NCBI RefSeq assembly: GCF_006345805.1
Contig: NW_021832256.1
Coordinates: 1-63,868 of the forward strand
Origin: Octopus sinensis
Lineage: Eukaryota
Reading direction: 5' to 3'
DNA length: 63,868 bases
Shown here: positions 61,246-63,868 of the stretch, piece after piece
How positions within the stretch are numbered: position 1 is the first letter of the stretch
How the letters are laid out: each line of letters opens with the position of its first letter
The notes under the pieces: model-generated
Databases searched by the model: none
Told to the model about the DNA's origin: nothing
What the model saw: the letters and a program-made list of their open reading frames with translations, nothing else
Translations under genes and position numbers: made by a program

Positions 61246-61300
<55 letters not shown>

Positions 61301-61612
61301 TTTCAGCTTCGCCTTGTATTGCATATTATTTCTCCATACAGGGGTTTTTTCAATGGCGGGCCCATTTTCGCGGGGTTCCACTATTTCCCTTCTCTCTCTC
61401 CCTCTTTTACGTTGTCTGCCATCCCCCCTCTTCCTTTGCTAAGAGCATTTAAGCCAGCCCGTCATATTCCCGTGTCAGGCCGAAGAACGAAATGTTCCCA
61501 AGATAAGAGAGTCTTTCTAATCTAATGTTGTGGTTGAGCTGTTTATTATTTATTATATTACTATTATTAGTAGTATTAGTATTGTCCCTTTGATCCTCGG
61601 TCGAAAATTTGC

Positions 61613-61673
<61 letters not shown>
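60990..61673. repeat. ~38-bp inverted repeat plus ~272-bp direct duplication ending in (TAT)n
   Basis: IR 60990-61028 / 61069-61106; direct copies 61032-61303 and 61398-61673. Confidence 0.75.
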
Positions 61674-61705
<32 letters not shown>

Positions 61706-61798
61706 GTATATATATATGTATATATATATGTATATGTATATATATATGTATATATATGTATTGTATATATATATGTATATATATATATAATGTATATA

Positions 61799-61840
<42 letters not shown>

Positions 61841-61844
61841 TGCA

Positions 61845-62032
61845 GGAGTGGCTGTGTGGTAAGTAGCTTGCTACCAACCACATGGTTCCGGTTCAGTCCC
61901 ACTGCGTGGCATCTTGGGCAAGTGTCTTCTGCTATAGCCCCGGGCCGACCAATGCCTTGTGAGTGGATTTGGTAGATGGAAACTGAAAGAAGCCTGTCGT
62001 ATATATGTGTATATATATATATATATGTGTGT

Positions 62033-62068
<36 letters not shown>

Positions 62069-62274
62069 TGTTTCTGTGTTTGTCCCCCCACCCCTAGCAT
62101 TGCTTAACAACCGATGCTGGTGTGTTTATGTCCCCGTAACTTAGCGGTTCAGCAAAAGAGACCGATAGAATAAGTACTAGGCTTACAAAGAATAAGTCCC
62201 GAAGTCGATTTGCTCGACTAAAGGCGGTGCTCCAGCATGGCCGCAGTCAAATGACTGAAACAAGTAAAAGAGTA
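61845..62274 (+). mobile_element. SINE family A
   Basis: Complete copy; a more diverged copy follows at 62792-63140. Confidence 0.8.
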
Positions 62275-62397
62275 TATAATAAGAGTAAATAATATCTTTA
62301 ATGGTTTTTAAAAAAACCAACAATTATTTACTGGTAGGTTTCGGCATGTAAATATAACCATTAACGGTAGGAACCTCTATAAAGTTCAGTATATATA

Positions 62398-62699
62398 TCT
62401 TTATATATAAAAGTGAGGTTGTGTGCTGTCTGTCTCCCACGATTTAGATTCCTAACTACTCCCACATTTTGCGGTGCAGTTTAACCAAAACCGGGTATCT
62501 TATAGTCGTGATTCATATCGAGCCCTTCTGGGTATTAGCGCACGTCTACGATGAGTCTATGATTTAAAAAAAAATTTACCATCAATTTTCCCCATTTTTA
62601 ATGCATTTTTTTGCTATTATATAAGGGAAGTAACTCTCTAAAAATGCTTATATAGTTATTTTCCTTACAAACCCGAGCAACGCCGGGCGATACTGCTAG
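62398..62699 (+). mobile_element. Non-autonomous Helitron-type element (longer version of 24874-25111)
   Basis: A|TC...CCCGAGCAACGCCGGG..CTAG|T. Confidence 0.75.
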
Positions 62700-63229
62700 T
62701 ATATATATAAATACCGTTTAATGCGGGTATTTGTTATATACTCACTGTTTATGTTTACAATATGTAAACGATATATATATACATAAATGTTGGGTGGCTG
62801 TGTGGTAAGAAGTTTGCTTCCCAACCACATGGTTCCGGGTTCAATCCTACAACACGGACCTTGTGCAAGTATCTTCTGCTATAACACTAAGCTGACCTAA
62901 GCCTTGTGAGGGGATTTGGTAGATGGAAACTGCAAGAAGCCCATCATGCATGCATGTATGTGTGTGTGTGTGTATATGCTTGTCTCTCTACCACCAGTTG
63001 ATAACCATTGTTGGTTTGTTTATGTCCTCATAACTTAGCAGTTCAGCAAAAGAGAACAATAGAATAAGTACCAGGCTTTAAAAAAAAAATACCGTGGTGC
63101 CCCAGCCTGGCCACAGTCCAATGATTGAAACAAGTAAAAGGTTGCTGTTTATTTAGTTTATTTTAACCATAATTACTAAAGCTATTTTAACATTTATAAT
63201 TTAATATTTTTAATTAATATAATATAATT

Positions 63230-63610
63230 AGTGCCACGTAAGCGAACCATCCGAACGTGGCTGTTGCTAGCGCCGACCCCGACGTGTCTCTGTGCCAGTG
63301 GCACGTAAAAAGCACCATCCGATCGTGACCGTTGCCATCCTCTCCTGGCCCCCGTGCCGGTGGCACGAAAAAAGCACCATCCGATCATGGCCATTTGCCA
63401 CCCCAGTCTGGCACCTGTGTCAGTGGCATGTAAAATGCACCCACTACACTCACGGAGTGGTTGGCATTAGGAAGGGCATCCAGCTGTAGAAACATTGCCA
63501 GATCAGATTGGGCCTGGTGCAGCCTTCTGGCTTCCCAGACCCCAGTTGAACCGTCCAACCCATGCTAGCATGGAAAGCGGATGCTAAATGATTATGATGA
63601 TGATGATGAT
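63230..63610 (+). mobile_element. Family C copy with several hairpin modules
   Basis: GTGCCGGTGGCACG-AAAAAGCACC modules and (GAT)n tail. Confidence 0.75.
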
Positions 63611-63868
63611 GGTGATGGTGTTGAGCTGGCAGAGTCATTAGCATGCTGGGAAAAATACTTAGCGACCTTTTGTCTCTTTATGTTCTGAGTTCAAATTCCG
63701 CCATTGTCAACTTTGTTTCTCCTCCTTTTAGGATTGATAAAATAAAATAAGAACTAGTTAATTGCTGGCTTTGTGTCAGAGTTGGAATCCAATAACCCAT
63801 GGCCTCTACCTGGGATGTAGCCAGTCCACTTATGCATACCTTTCCTTCTTGGGACACAAACTCTACAT

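Overview
Animal genomic DNA dominated by microsatellites and mobile elements. The tRNA-headed SINEs and (TA)n/(CA)n/(GATA)n load suggest a cephalopod such as octopus, but this is inference. One host gene is recognisable on the + strand: an RYBP/YAF2 homologue. Its first coding exon is MEDKRGTS-R (33202-33227) and its RanBP2-type zinc-finger exon is at 48173-48295, with a candidate promoter near 31.75 kb. The rest is two decayed Tx1/L1-clade LINEs inserted in tandem in a (GATA)n tract, RTE- and CR1-like LINE fragments, several SINE families, Helitron-, hAT- and piggyBac-type non-autonomous elements, Penelope-type inverted repeats with hammerhead ribozyme cores, and minisatellites. Main leads: (1) a SINE sharing the Tx1 3' stem-loop that forms fixed-register concatemers, one bracketed by a single 15-bp TSD; (2) a six-copy repeat that multiplies the RYBP exon splice acceptor; (3) a tRNA-headed element carrying a hammerhead; (4) a foldback element with an unusually long target duplication; (5) a hAT MITE pair with reciprocal TSDs. 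No database searches were run, family names come from motif recognition, and repeat boundaries are approximate unless TSDs or termini are given.
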